Shown: positions 1-47,095 of the stretch, piece by piece
How the letters are laid out: every line of letters begins with the position of its first letter
Numbering within the stretch: the stretch's first letter is position 1
Source of the DNA: Octopus vulgaris
Lineage: Eukaryota
Direction: 5' to 3'
Length of the DNA: 64,000 bases
Assembly (NCBI GenBank): GCA_951406725.2
Contig: OX597819.1
Span: 58,590,001-58,654,000, forward strand
Notes under the pieces: model-generated
What the model was told of the DNA's origin: nothing
Database searches by the model: none
What the model saw: only the letters and a program-made list of their open reading frames with translations
Translations under genes and position numbers: made by a program

Positions 1-221
1 ACACACACATATATATATATAGTCATATTTAGTGACAATTACAGCTTTCCTTTTTATTTAAAACATTGTACACTGCTGTCTATAATTATATATATATATA
101 TATATGGGGAGGAAGAAAAGGGAGACAAGTATGTAGAGTTTAACATGCGATCATTGACATATGCATCATCAATAGATATTCTCTAATATAAACAGAAAAT
201 AAACAAACGTTTATATGCACA

Positions 222-286
222 AACATCCTTTCATTCCAACATCCTTTCATTCCAACATCCTTTCATTCCAACATCCTTTCATTCCA
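222..286. repeat. 16-bp minisatellite (aacatcctttcattcc) x4
   Basis: Four direct copies are visible. Confidence 0.9.
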
Positions 287-361
287 AACGCACATATACA
301 CATATAACTTCGCCATTCAATGCTTTTATTAACCATTCTTTTTATTTTTTATCTTTTGCAG

Positions 362-32861
<32,500 letters not shown>

Positions 32862-33276
32862 ATGAAAACGCTACCATCTACTTTACCATCCGCCGTCTCC
32901 AATTGAGATATTAAGAAACAAACAAGTAAAAATCAAGTGATGGCTGTTAAAAGAGAAAGAATTTTTAAAAACTCTGTGACAGAAAGGTGTAGACAGTCCA
33001 TAGACAAAAACTAAAGAAAGAATAGATATCAGTAATAACAACAACTGATATATATATTTTTTTATTTTGTTGCTTTCTAAATCAAATTGCGTTCTTCTGG
33101 AGCCACTCTAAGATCTTTTCGGCATAGTTGCAGACATTTTGGCTCAGTGTGGATCCAGAACAATAGGCAATATACAACCATACTTGCCAGTGTACAGATA
33201 TGAAATATATAGAATTGAATGAAATATCATTTTCATGAACGCTAAATGTTGATATTTTTAGGTGCAACACTTCTGT

Positions 33277-33381
33277 AATAAAATATTCTTTTATTGCATA
33301 AATATTTCAGCGCCATCTGTCTAGACTGCCTGCTTCCTGATCTAATTTCAGCTGGAGAGGGAATCAAAGTTTTAAAATAAA
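33277..33381 (+). promoter_or_regulatory. Candidate polyadenylation signals of the collagen gene
   Basis: AATAAA at 33277-33282 and 33376-33381. The second is followed by a T/GT-rich tract at about 33412-33440. Confidence 0.55.
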
Positions 33382-34330
33382 ATTGTAAAAATATCTCAAA
33401 AAAAAAACATCTTTGCTTGTTTTTATTATTCTCTTTTATCTAATTAAGACTTCGGGGTAACCGAGCACGGGACAGTGGAGTGTTAGGTTAATTTCATCCT
33501 TATTCCTTCTGCATTCAACTTTGTCGTATACATTTTGAGGGGAAGTCAATAAAATAAGTATTTTTCCAGCACAGGGGGACACTCAATCATTTTGACCTAT
33601 GACTTACAAAATCAGACCCTTGTAATTAATTTCTTCTCTCTTCATTTCATCTTCTAATTCTGCCATCGATCCGTAATAGCATAACAAAACACCTGTTTTG
33701 TTTACAAATATTAAATCAGTTCCTTGTATTCAACCTCCTTTATTGTTATTCAACTTAGTCAAGCAGTGAACTTTATACCTCTCTACAGCTTTTGAACTTT
33801 CCATCTAACCATCTCTCAAGTTTGTAGAAGAATTGTAACATTGTGGACTTTCACTGTTCTTTTAGTTTTATTTGTTTCAGTCATTAGACTACGGCGATGG
33901 TGGGGCACCGTCTTGAAGGGTTCAGTCGAACAAATAAGCCCCAATAATCTGGATCTTTTTACTGAACCGCTAGGCCTTGGGTATGTCATGCAATGTGGAT
34001 GCAAACACAAAGACGCTCATGCATACATATATGTGACACGCTTCTACACAGTTTGTCTAACAAATTCACTCACAAGTATTATCAGGCTTACGGTTATAGG
34101 AGCAGACATTTGCTTAAGGAGCCGAAATCAAGAAATGAAAGGAATACCACGTGGTTGGTTAAGAAGCACAATTCTTTACTACACAGATATTCCTGCGCCC
34201 AAAAGTACCTATTTCGAGGTCCCCGGAAATTATAGGATTATATTTATATCTAGACTAGTGGTTCTCAAATGGGGTCCAATAAGGCGTTTGGGGGTCCATA
34301 TAAGATTTTGTAGGTAAAATTTATCTGCAA

Positions 34331-34692
34331 TAGGAGTGGCTGTGTGGTAAGAAGCTTGCTTCCCAACCACATGGTTCCCGGTTCAGTCCCACTGCGTGGC
34401 ACCTTAGGCAAGTGTTTTCTACTATAACCTTGGGCCGACCAAAGCCTTGTGAGTGGATTTCGTCGATGGAAAATGAAAGAAGCCTGTCATACATATATGT
34501 ATGTATATGTATATGTGTCGCTTGACAACCAATGCTGGTGTGCTTACGTCCCCATAACTTAGCGGTTCGGCAAAAGAGACCGATAGAATAAGTACTAGGC
34601 TTACAAAGAATGTCCTGGAGTCGATTTGTTCGACTAAAGGCAGTGCTCCAGCATGGCTGCAGTCAAATGGCAAAAACAAATGAAAGAGTAAA
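34331..34692 (+). mobile_element. Family B SINE
   Basis: High similarity to 14948-15352. Confidence 0.88.
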
Positions 34693-34864
34693 AGAATAAT
34701 ACACATATTTTAATTTGTTTTTTATACAATTCTTGATAATATTTGATTATAAGAATACAGTAGATTTTTTTTTATGTACATCAAATAGCTATGAACGTCC
34801 AGTTGAATAAAATAGGAACCAAAACTCAAAAGTGATAGAGATCTATATAGATGTCACTCAAAAA

Positions 34865-35050
34865 CAGCCAGGACTCGGGCACCACATGTTGGCAGGTGGA
34901 AGATCACTTGGCGCTGGACAATTCAATATGACCTAAAAACAGTCAACATAACCTGAAATTTATTTGCAAGAGTAGCAGCCGTCCAAAGCCGGTGAAGGAA
35001 GCTTGCCGCCCAATGCGCTGAGCATCGCTGGAGGACCAAGAGCTAAAGTT
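34865..35050 (+). mobile_element. Degenerate RTE-like LINE 3' fragment
   Basis: Frame KITWRWTIQYDLKTVNIT*NLFARVAAVQSR*RKLAAQCAEHRW resembles RTE ORF C-termini. Confidence 0.5.
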
Positions 35051-35800
35051 ATCTCGATGTTTGATGTTCGTTGGTTTTGACGACGTGAACTCAGTTATTC
35101 GATCAACTGAGTTACTTGTTCATTGAATTAACATATAACTGGCTGAGTATTCCACATACTACTATATTCGTAACGTAACCCTCATGCAGAATAATCGTGA
35201 CACAATCTGTGATAGTACTGGACCTTTGAGTTGCAGGTATGATCCATCCGACGAGTTTCGATCAGTTTCAGTCCACGCAAATTGAACTTACACCCGAGGC
35301 GTGTATCAACTCAAGGTGAATTTGCCCAAGACACCACACCGTGAGTTCATTATCTTCTGCAAAACGTGTGATGCAAATCGAGCGCCTTCGCGTGTACCGA
35401 CGCAGCTGAAAACATCCGACAGCAGTATCGGTCAAGAAGTTTGTCTGGGGCGATATGTTAGCCAAACAGTAATACAAGTGTCCCAATGCCAGCTTAGCGT
35501 AGACAAACAAAGCCAAAAGCTCGGTCGATCCCGATTTACAGTACGAATCTGCAACCCCGTGATTACGAAAGAAACTTTTTAATCATTCGGTCGTGCTGTG
35601 CCTAATATAGATGTATACAATCAAACGATGATTAGATATTGTCTCGGGAGAGAAATTGTTCTTGTAGACAATATACGAAAACTCACGACTGGGATGCGAA
35701 TGACATCAATGGACCGTATGACAGGGCTTTCTAGGTTGCAATACCTCCATCAGCTATGAACACTGAAACAGTTTGCTATGTCGTCACTGACGATATACGA

Positions 35801-35831
<31 letters not shown>

Positions 35832-36772
35832 GTGTAACAATATATCACAATACCAAATATAACCGTATAATAATGAGCAATGTAACAATGTAACAAGATT
35901 GGTTATCTTATAACCGTTTACACAATAACACTCCAAAGCAGAATCAATAACGAGACTAACGCTTTCACAGTTCGACCTCAACTATCTACAGGCTCATCTG
36001 TTCTATAGAGATGTCCAGTCCTGACAGTCACGTGCGGGAGTGTCGAGTCACCCCACAACACAGTTTGAATGCAATAATTGTTGTTCTTACGTTTAAACAG
36101 CAAATAATACATTTGCTGATATTTCTAAAGCTTTGTTAAGCTGGAATTAATCAATTAGAGTCACACTAAACAGTAATGATTAAAACATTCATGTGTACAG
36201 TTATATGTAACATGTACGTGTACACTTATACATAGAAAAAAACCTTCGCAGCAGAAGCTGTTTCGGGAAAGAAAAACCCCTTATGAGAGGAACATTAAGC
36301 AATGATGATTATAATATTATAAGTTTGTACAATTGTATTTTACATGTTAATTTACTCTCCACATAGAAAAAAAATCTTTGCTGTTGAAACTTTTTCGGGA
36401 GAGAAACCCTTCTTTTAGACAATGAATGTGAAAATACACCACGGGGCTATGACTGACACGATCCGACTGTAAGACACGTGTTTCTGCATCGTTACTCATA
36501 TTTCTTATAATGTGAATGCATACTTTTGATGGGCACTTTTCTTCAGGTCCACACATTATGGAATATCATGTTATGCTCATTGTTATTCTTCTAAATTATT
36601 CATTTGACAATCTGTGGTCATTATCTGTTGATAAGTGCAGGCGTGGCTGCGTTACAAGAAGCATGCTTCCCAACCACAAGGTTCCATTTCAGCCCCCACT
36701 GTGTGGAACTTTAGGAAGGTGTCTTCTATTATAGTCTCCGGCCGACCAGAGCCTTGTGAGTGGATTTAGTAG

Positions 36773-36870
<98 letters not shown>

Positions 36871-37519
36871 TATATTACAAATAAGAAAATGGAGAAACAC
36901 ATTAGCTGGTTTATCAGCTTTAGCTTTAGGATATTAGAAAGTTGTCTTATTTAATTATCAAAACTACAACCATAATAACATACATATATACAGTATAAAA
37001 TATAAAATTCAAAACATTTAAGATAAGAATACAAGTAATTATTAAAAGACATAATATAAATTGTTAGAATCATTAAATTTCTTACAGCTGTTTCAGCCTA
37101 TGGAAAAAAGTAATTTTTTTTTTGTGCCTATACTTGTCAATTATATTGAGGTTACATGTATAACCTGGAATATCATCAAGATCCACTGATAGAAACTAAG
37201 ATCATTATCAAAGTTCGAAATCACGTGATATGGATATATCTGTTTACTTCATTTTGTGAGTTTATCTCACCAGAGAAAGGTGCATTTGTTTAGCTCCCTC
37301 GCTTTTCGTCAATCTCATGAGGTTAATACTTTGTTTGGCTATCGTGTTGATTTTGACTCTTATTTCTAGCAATGCTGGTACTATTTTTGTACCCTTCTTT
37401 ATTAATTTGCCTTTAGGCTTTAAATACAAACTGGTCACTTATATTATAATATATTTATTATATTATATCATTTTATATGTGTGTGCGTTCGTGTTTGTTT
37501 GTGTGTGTGTGTGTGTGTG

Positions 37520-38540
37520 TGTGACCACTGCTTAACAACTGGTGTTGATTTGTTTACGTCTCCGTAACTTAGCGGTTGGAGAAAAGAGACCGGTAGAATA
37601 AGTACAAGGCTTTTAAAAAAACTGCTAATGTCGATTTGTTTGACTAAACGCCTTATGGTGGTACCCTAGTATGATCGCAGTCTAATGAATGAAAAAGATA
37701 AAAGATATATATAATTTTTCTTTTATTCTTTTCCTTGATTCAGTCATTTGACTGTGGCCATGCTGGAGCTCCGCCTTTAGTGGAGCAAATCGACCCCCGG
37801 ACATATTCTAGGTAAGCCTAGTGCTTATTCTATCGGTCCCTTTTGCCGAACCGCTAAGTTACGGGGACGTAAACACGCCAGCATCGGTTGTCAAGCGATG
37901 ATGGGGGGGGGGAGACAAACACAGACACACAAACATATATACACATATACATATATACGTCTACCATATCCACTCACAAGGCTTTGGTATGCCCGAGGCT
38001 ATGGGACTGAACCCGGAAGCATGTAGTTGGTAAGCAAGCTACTTACCACACAGCCACTTCTACGCCTATTATATTATATTATATTATATTATATTATATT
38101 ATATTATATTATATTATATTATATCATATCATATCATATTATATTATATAGGAGCAGATACGATGCTTCCTTCCCAATTACCTGGTTCCGGGTTCAAGCA
38201 AGTGTCTTTTATTATAGATTCGGGCAGACTAAAGCCTTGTGAATAGATTTGATAAACGAAAACTGAACGAAGCCCGGCATATATACATATATATATATTT
38301 AGTTATTTATTTATTTATTTATTTATGTGTGTGTGTGTGTGTGTTTGCGTTTGTTCACACTACTGCTTGAAAACCTGTGTTAGTTTCTTTACATCCCCAT
38401 AACTAGGCTGTTCGGTAAAAGTGAACAATGGAATAAGTGCCGGGCTTTAAGAGGACAAGTACTGCGGTCAATTCATTCGACTAAAAATTCTTCAAGGCTG
38501 TAACCCAGCATGGCCACAACTTAATGACTGAAACAAGTAG
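37520..38540. mobile_element. Cluster of family B SINEs (37520-37703 +, 37730-38064 -, 38150-38540 +)
   Basis: Family B motifs in alternating orientation. Confidence 0.8.
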
Positions 38541-38603
38541 CAGAGAAAGCAAGATCTATACATGCATACATACATACATACATACATACATACATACATA
38601 CAA

Positions 38604-38805
<202 letters not shown>

Positions 38806-38923
38806 TAATAAGGGTAGAAATGATATTAATCAATTAAAACTAGTGGCCTAGCATATTAAAAAAATCCAAAGATTAAAATATTTTTACATACAAATTTTTT
38901 TTTACATACAATTTTGTATGTAA

Positions 38924-38987
<64 letters not shown>

Positions 38988-39014
38988 AAAACTTAAAACT
39001 TAGATAAAACTTAG

Positions 39015-40281
39015 ATATGTTTCGACCAGAGATTGGTCCAGGCCATGTCTAACTTAATAGCACCACCTGATAGGATTATTCGAATCCTGTTTAAGTCAAG
39101 ATTTGTTCAAGTAGTGAGTTCTTGTTGGGTGAGTTGTATCCAGTTTTGTTCAAGTAGTGAGTTCTTGTTGGGTGAGTTGTATCCAATTATGGGTGGCTTA
39201 TCTGGTATTCTTTGAAGGAATCTATCCAGACTCTGTTTGAAGTTGATGGGATCCTTTTCCTCTTTGATCTCCCTCGGGACAATGTTAAATAGGGCAGGGC
39301 CTGTTGAGGAAAAGAAATTATGTTGCAGTGTACATGTATGTTGTGATCTTGAATTTGGCAGGGGACGTATAGCCCGTGGTCCAAGTCTCGGATGGACCTT
39401 GAAGCTAATGTTTAGGTCGTTTGGGCAAAGTTGGCGGTATATTTTCCACATCGTACAAATGATGTACCGCTCACGGCGACGCTGGAGGGAGTAAAGTTTC
39501 AAGGCTTTAAGGCGATCCCAATAATCGAGAGCAGCCATGCCTTCAATTTGTTTAGTGAGAGCCCTCTGGGGTGACTCAATTCTGGAGATGTTTTGTCTTG
39601 TGTGAGGAGACCACAGTGGGCAGCAGTATTCAAGGTGTGGCCGTACAAAGGATGAAAAAAGTGGTATGATGACACCTTGTTCTCTGGACCGGAAAGTTCT
39701 TAAGATCCAGGAACTCATCCTACGAGCTGTATGCACTCCAACTGAGATCGTCATCAACAATTACACCCAGGTCTCTGATATTGTTAGAGGCTGTGAGCGG
39801 TTCCCCTGAAGGAAGAGAGTATGGTTGTTTTAGTGAGGAATTTCTTCCAAAATGCATCAGCTCAAATTTTCCCTCATTCAGTTGCATTTTGTTTCTGTCT
39901 GCCCATTGACTCACAGCATATAGGTCAGACTGGAGTTGAGTTCGGTCTGCTTCTTCATTGACGATTTGCTGGAGCTTAGTGTCATCAGCGAATATTTTCA
40001 CTTTGCAGTGATGTACGACACTGGAAAGGTCGTTTACATAAATTATGAAGAGTAGCGGACCCAAAACAGTTCCCTGGGGAACACCGCTGGTGACTTTTGC
40101 TGGGTTTGAGTGGACTCCATCAACTACAACATGTTGTGTTCTATTCGCTAGGAAATACTTAATCCAGTGTAGAACTTTTCCACGGATTCCAACATTTGCC
40201 AATTTTGAGAGTAGGATGTTATGGTCTACCCTGTCGAACGCTTTACTGAAGTCAAGGTATATGACGTCAGAGTTCGAACCT
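39015..40281 (-). mobile_element. 5'-truncated CR1/L2-group LINE (reverse transcriptase and C-terminal region, frameshifted)
   Basis: DVIYLDFSKAFDRVDH, SGVPQGTVLGPLLFIIYVNDL, FADDTKL, RDLGVIVD, then RPHLEYCCPLWSP and LYSLQRRRER in a second frame. A 40-bp duplication lies near the 3' end (39102-39185). Confidence 0.93.
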
Positions 40282-40681
40282 GTATATATATATATATATA
40301 CATACATACATACATACATACATACATACATACATACATACATACATACATACATACATACATACATGCATACATGTATATATATAAATATATATTGTTG
40401 TTTTTGTCCTGTTATTATTATTATTGTTTTTTTGTATTTATATTCGTGTGGCATCGTCCGTTTTTCTGTCCTTGTTTCGTATACATTCCACCCTTTTTCC
40501 AAGAAATGTAATGTTCGTAGCTTAGTTTTTCCTTGGGGCTGGCCGGATCGGAGCGATCTCAAGATTAATCAGCCGAAATTGCGAGCATGATCCGATTCTT
40601 CACTGAAGATTAGAGGCTTCGAATGACCCGCCCGTTTTTTGTGTCGTCTATTTGAATGTTTTGCGTTCTTGTCCCATTTTG

Positions 40682-40753
<72 letters not shown>

Positions 40754-40754
40754 A

Positions 40755-40802
<48 letters not shown>

Positions 40803-40890
40803 TGTATAACAAAGTGAAGTTGTAAGGTACCGCACGAGTGGAATTACATATGAAAGATGGTTTGAAGATGCAATTTTAAAAGATGTTTAT

Positions 40891-40936
40891 TTACTTGACC
40901 GGTTTCACTTTTTTAGAAAAAGATTGTCAAAAGTAA
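40891..40936 (-). ncRNA. Minimal type I hammerhead ribozyme motif, U3:A8 core variant
   Basis: Minus strand: TTACTT-TTGACAA-tCTTTT(tctaa)AAAAGt-GAAA-CCGG-TC-AAGTAA. 6-bp stem I, GUC site, U.U mismatch at the base of stem II. Confidence 0.6.
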
Positions 40937-41819
40937 CATGTAAAAGCTTTGTTGTGTTAGGTACTGGTTGTCACAAAGTATTACAATACATATATACATT
41001 CTTTGATAATAATAATAAGAACATGTTAAAAACAGTTTACAAGGGAAAATCTCGGGAAAATATTAAAAAATTTGACAAGTTCATTAAAATATCGGGTACA
41101 AAAGATTACAATACATATATGCATTCTTTGATAATTATAAGAGAATGATAAAAGTAGTTTACAGAAAGTATTATTAAAAAGTTCAGAGGAATATTGGTAT
41201 TGTATCTGTATATATATACACAGAAAAATATAAGTTCAAAAAGGTTACATTTTGGTTATATATATATATATATATATACTACCATTTCTGTCTCCACAAA
41301 TGCATAAAAAATGGAAAAAGTGATAGGAAAAAAACACTTCTACTTATTTATTAGCTATAAAAAATACAGTTTTTATTGCATTTTCTTCGGGCAGCTTTTA
41401 AATAACTTTACAATACGATTTAAACATGTTTTTTTCTGTGACTTCATCTTCTGCCTCCACAAGGAGGAACGATGGTGTACTGTAATTTACATATACACGA
41501 AAAATAAAATTTTCTGAATTCGATAAATTGCAATATTTACGATATTTTGAGGCGTTTGTGGAGATAGAAGATGAAGACACAGAAAAAAAAAAAACACGTT
41601 GAAGTTGTATTTCAGTGTAATTTCGTGGCAGGTATTTAAAAGCTACCCGAAGAAGATGCAATAAAAATTGCATTTGGTAGCTAATAAATAAGTAAAGATT
41701 CCCCACACACACACACACTTATTCTATTTTTCGGTACATTTTTGAAGACGGAAGATATCGTCTCAGACTTCTAAGATTTTACTCCAGTTATTTTGATGTT
41801 CATTCACAACTTTTCTGCA

Positions 41820-41889
<70 letters not shown>

Positions 41890-41934
41890 CACGCACATGC
41901 ACATATACATGTGTGTGTATGTGGTTTACACCTT

Positions 41935-42333
41935 TTACATCTTTTAGTTGTTTCAGTCATTTGACTGCGGCCATGCTGGAACACCGCCTTTAGTCGAGCA
42001 AATCGACTCCAGGACTTTATTCTTTGTAAGCCTAGTACTTATTCTATCGGTCTCTTTTGCCGAACCTCTAAGTTACGGGGACGTAAACACACCAGCATTG
42101 GTTGTCAAGCGACGTTGGGGGGACAAACACAGACACACAAACACACACATATGTATATATACATATATATGACGGGCTTCTTTCAGTTTCCATCTACCAA
42201 ATCCACTCACAAGGCTTTGTTCGGCCCGAGGCTATAGTAGAAGACACTTGCCCAAGGTGCCACGCAGTGGAACTGAACTCGGAAGCATGTGGTTGGTAAG
42301 CAAGCTATTTACCACACAGCCACTCCTGCGCCT
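41935..42333 (-). mobile_element. Family B SINE, full length
   Basis: Reverse complement of the 14948-15352 consensus. Confidence 0.9.
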
Positions 42334-45198
42334 ATTTAAAAGATTCTTTTCGAATTTCATGTTCTTTCTTGTTTATTCCCCAGCAATCTACGTGCATTAT
42401 GTCAAGTTCCTTTGTTCTATGCCGAACATGCGAACATGCAACATCCGAAATACACATAAAATCGCTTACATGAATCTTCAATCAGCTCTGATAATACAAT
42501 AAATCTACAATAATTGCGAATAGTTTAGCATTTCGGCGGCGATGTCCAAGGGACATAACTCTGGCGCAAACATGTTAGCGCTCTGTATTTTAATTTTTCT
42601 TCAAATCTAGTTTTTTCTGAAATTTTCGATAAGTTTAACATACTTGTCAGAACATTATGATATTTGTTTTATACCTGCATCTCATTTCTAATGCTACATA
42701 CCAAACTATAAAATGTGAAAAACAGACTTTTTTTTATTGTTTTATGAAGACACGAAGAGTATTGCACCCTACCTAAATATTCATCGTAAATACGACGAGC
42801 CAATGAAAACGGCTATTATGTGTGATCGATGTGCCCGTCAGAAATAACTGCCAAATCTCCCTCAAGTTACACCTACCGCCTTTAAAAAAAGGTCCAATTC
42901 ATTCGAGACACTTAGTTCTAGGTAACCCCCACCCAAAAAAGTGGGTTCGTCTCGGGTGGAACGGCGTTGATTAGTTGGCCTGGGGCAAGACAACACCATA
43001 AATATTCTTTCTACTAGATGTGCAAGGATTGAAATTTGTGGGTCGGGGGATAGTCGGGTACACCCCAGGAAAAGGTAAAGTCGACCTCAGGGGAATTTGA
43101 ATTCAGCACTTTAAAACGGGTGAATCGTAAATTATATTCAGTAATCAGTTTCACACATAAACACACACATATATATATACAAATATATATATATAATCAC
43201 AATAAGCAACAAGGATATCCAGAGGTAATGCTGTATGATCGTTTCATGCAACTCCATTTACTTGAACAATGCAATCATTACATCAATTTAAAATGCAGAC
43301 TAATCTTCAGCTGCACAAAGATATAGAATTTAATTAAATTAGAACAGATGGACACATTAGTATAATTATACCTAAAATCTCCTTGAAGTTAAGGAGATAG
43401 ACAAAGAACATGCTGGCTTCACTCCAGCATAGAAGTTACTAAGTTATCAAGAAGATACACATTGTTACAGACTCTGCCTTGCACTGATTTTTTGTTTTTG
43501 TGGGGTCAGTTTAATTTTAAAGACTAGTTTATCAAATCCTTCTATATCTAAGGCTGAGGGAACAAGGGCAGTATCTATTAGGGTTTGGGCTGAGGGAGCA
43601 GACAGAAATCATAGTTGGTATAGTGATAAAAATCAAAATTTATTAGAAGCAATATCATAAGGTTAGGTAATGGAAAACTTAAAACAAGATGTTAGCTGAT
43701 AATTAAGGCGGTCGCCCACAAGCACACCATTGATAATGAAACAGGGGAAGTCATATCATGTAGTACTATAGTTAAATATTTTAAACGATGTTGCTTTATT
43801 GTATACAGTTAAAGTTTAGGATTATTCAGAGGATTATTAAGAAGAATATTATAACAAAAGGATATAAATTTATGAATACTTTTGAGTATATACCAAACTT
43901 TTACTACAATAGAAGGAGGAAAAGAAATTATCCAGAAATAGTTTAATATTTATGCATATTGTACACTTAAATATTAACTCATCAGCTGGTATCTGTGAAT
44001 ATTGATTAATTGGTATATACTGGTATTAATAAAGGAGTATTGAGGTAAAGAAACATGCTAATTGTATATTAATGAAATTATGATCTAAGCAGTTTTTTCT
44101 AAGTAGTGAATATACCAGTATAGTTTTATATAAGCTGAGTATGAATTTATAAAGATACAAAAATTAGACTTATTTTATAAATAAATAAAGGCTAATTATA
44201 AAATAATAATGGACTAAAACAAAATAATCAAGTAGACTAGAACACCTTAGAAAAGGAATAAAATAGCTTAATTACTAATACTATGGCAAAGTATATGTAG
44301 CTTATTAACACAATTAGAGAAAATTTAAAGAAAAAGTATAATAATTCTAAATATATTAGACTAAAAATTATATATTTACTTATTTGGCTAATATTAATAA
44401 AAGACTGATGTCTGGTATCAGCTGAAGAAATATTTAAGTTATGGAACAATCATATTTTACACTAATCTTTTTTTAAAAACTAAGGGTTATATCATAGGTT
44501 TAAGAAGTTATTATTGTTACTCCCTACATGATATTTATAGTTTCTTAGTGGTACTTGTTTAGAAGGGTTATTTATATAAAGACCCTTATAAATACTGAGA
44601 TTAGGAGGGTAGAGCCATTTAAGAAAGAGATAAATCAAGTAATTTCTAAAGATCATTTCAAACAATATTGTCTTATTGTATAAAGTTAAAATTTAGGGCA
44701 ATCAAGAAGATTATTAAAACTGAAATTTTAACAAAAGGATAAAACTTCTTTGAATATTTTGAGTATATACCAAATTTTTTACCACAGCAGAGGTAGGAAA
44801 AGAAAATTGCAAAGAAATAGTTTAATATTTATTTACTTATTACTTATCTAAATATTAACTTATTATATGGTTTCTATGGAGATTGATCAAATGGATTTAA
44901 CTGATATTTAATAAGGGAGCAACTGAGGTTAAAGAACATGTTAACTATATACTGATTTAATTAAATTGAACTATTTGAAGTTGTTGAGATACCGATATTA
45001 GCTTATATAAGCTGAGTACAAATTAATAGCAGTACAAAGATCAGATTTATTTAAGGCTACTATAAAATAATAATAATAATAGCGATGATGATGATGATGA
45101 TAATGATGATGATGATGATAATAATAATAATAATAATAATGATAATAATAATAATAATAATAATAATGATGATTATAATTATGATGATGATGATGATG

Positions 45199-45261
<63 letters not shown>

Positions 45262-45264
<3 letters not shown>

Positions 45265-45720
45265 GATGGGCTACAGCAAATATTCTGCTCAATACCACAG
45301 ATTTGCCTGTCAGTTGTTTGACCGTAACCAGTTGAGCATGTCCCTTAGTGGCTGACGATATGTACATCTCTGATTACGAGCAGAAGTAGTGGAGCAGCAT
45401 CATAGCCATGTGTTGAGAGGGATTCTTTGGGGTTTGAATAATTCACCTCTGGAAATGTGGGTGCTTTGTTCAACATCCTTAAACAACCTTTATTCAGGGA
45501 CTTTTTGAGTGAGATGGGTTACTCGACCAGAAGAAAATTGTAACTGTGCCCCACTTGCAAGGTCATGTGCTATTTATCTTGATATGAGATCACCATGTCG
45601 TGCACATTTGGTTGTGATGCATGAGCCTAGTGTACCCTTATCAGACGGGTAGTCATGATGGGTATACTGGGCTTCGTATATTTTACCCCAGTGTCACTTT
45701 GATAGCATGCACTGCTCTCT
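45262..45720. mobile_element. Unclassified interspersed element embedded in (TAA)n/(TGA)n microsatellite
   Basis: GC-richer 460-bp segment. It appears to continue as cactcaataataat after the RTE insertion (about 47097), so it is flanked by (TAA)n on both sides. Confidence 0.5.
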
Positions 45721-47095
45721 CATCATCATCATCATCATCATCGTTTAACGTCCGCTTTCCACGCTAGCACGGGTTGGACGGTTCGACCGGGGTCTGGGAA
45801 ACCAGGGGCCGCTCCAGGCTCCAGTCTGATCTGGCAGAGTTTCTACGGCTGGATGCCCTTCCTAACGCCAACCACTCCGCGAGTGGAGTGGGTGCTTTTT
45901 ACGTGCCACCTGCACAGGGCCCGGGGGGGTCCGGCATCAGTCACGATCAGTTCGAGCTTTTAACGTGCCAGTGGCACGGGAGCCAGCCAAGGCGGCGCTG
46001 GCAACATTCGGATGGTCTTACCGGCACAGAGGCCAGTCGGGGCAGCACTGGCATCGGCCACGTTCGGATAGTACTTTTTATGTGCCACCGGCACAGGCAT
46101 CATAACTCCTATTTCCATTGATATTTATTTCGACGTTCATGTTCATGTACTTGACTCAACAGATCTCCTCAGGCACAGCAGGACGATCTGGGATCCGGGG
46201 TACTTTGAATGGGCAGGGGCTATGTGGAACTGATGCAGGAAGCAGCCCGGGTCTTTGCAGTCACAGCATATCTCCAGAGATCTCGGTCCTTCGCCATTGC
46301 CTCAGTGAGGCCCAATGCTCTGAGGTCATGCTTGACTACCTCATCCCATGTCTTCCTGGGTCTACCTCTCCCCCTGATACCTTCAACTGTTTGGGAGTGG
46401 CACTTCTTCACACATCTCTCTTCATCCATCCGCAGCACATGACCATACCATCGCAAGCGTCGCTCTTGCACACCACATCTGATGCTTCTTATATCCAGCA
46501 TTTCTCTCAGGATGCTTACACTCTGTCGTGCATGCACACTGACACTACACATCCAGCGGATCATGCTAGCTTCATTTCTTTCAAGTCTACGCATGTCCTC
46601 TGCAGTCACAGCCCATGTTTCATTACCGTGAAGCATGGCAGTTCGCACACATGCATCATACAATCTACCTTTCGCTCTGAAGGAGAGACCCTTTGCCGCC
46701 AGTAGGGGTAGGAGCTTTCTGAACTTTGCCCAGGCTATTCGTATTCTAGTGGTGATACTCTCTGTGCATCCACCTCCGCTACTAACTTGGTCACCCAGGT
46801 AGCGGAAACTATCAACTACTTCTAGTTTCTTTCCCTGGAGTGTGATGGAATCTGTTTTCTGAGTGTCTGTTGTGTCTATTGCCCCTGTGCATCTGCCGCA
46901 CATGAAAGCTATCTTATCTGTTAATTTCCCTTTAATGTTGCTGCACCTCTTATGCGTCCATAGCTTACATTGGGTGCATCTTATGGAGTTTCTACCTGTA
47001 CCTTTCCTACAGATTGAGCAGGGCCACCTACCCGAGGGGGTGTGTGTTGAGTACACCTTGCTGCTTACTATTACTTTGGTTTTTGCTACATTTAC
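45721..47095 (-). mobile_element. 5'-truncated RTE-clade LINE with (GAT)n tail; ORF contains a PHD finger
   Basis: RVNVAKTKVIV..LEVVDSFRYLG..RIRIAWAKF..MLHGNETW..RRLRWYGHVLRM..RGRGRPRKTW in an uninterrupted frame (46220-47095). 3' UTR and (CAT)n on the plus strand at 45721-45742. Confidence 0.93.

Noticed and set aside
222-286. Regular short repeats as a possible CRISPR array
   Set aside because: Contiguous 16-bp units with no spacers, in a eukaryotic intron.
46118-46705. 195-aa plus-strand ORF (also 40045-40590)
   Set aside because: Antisense shadow of LINE coding sequence.
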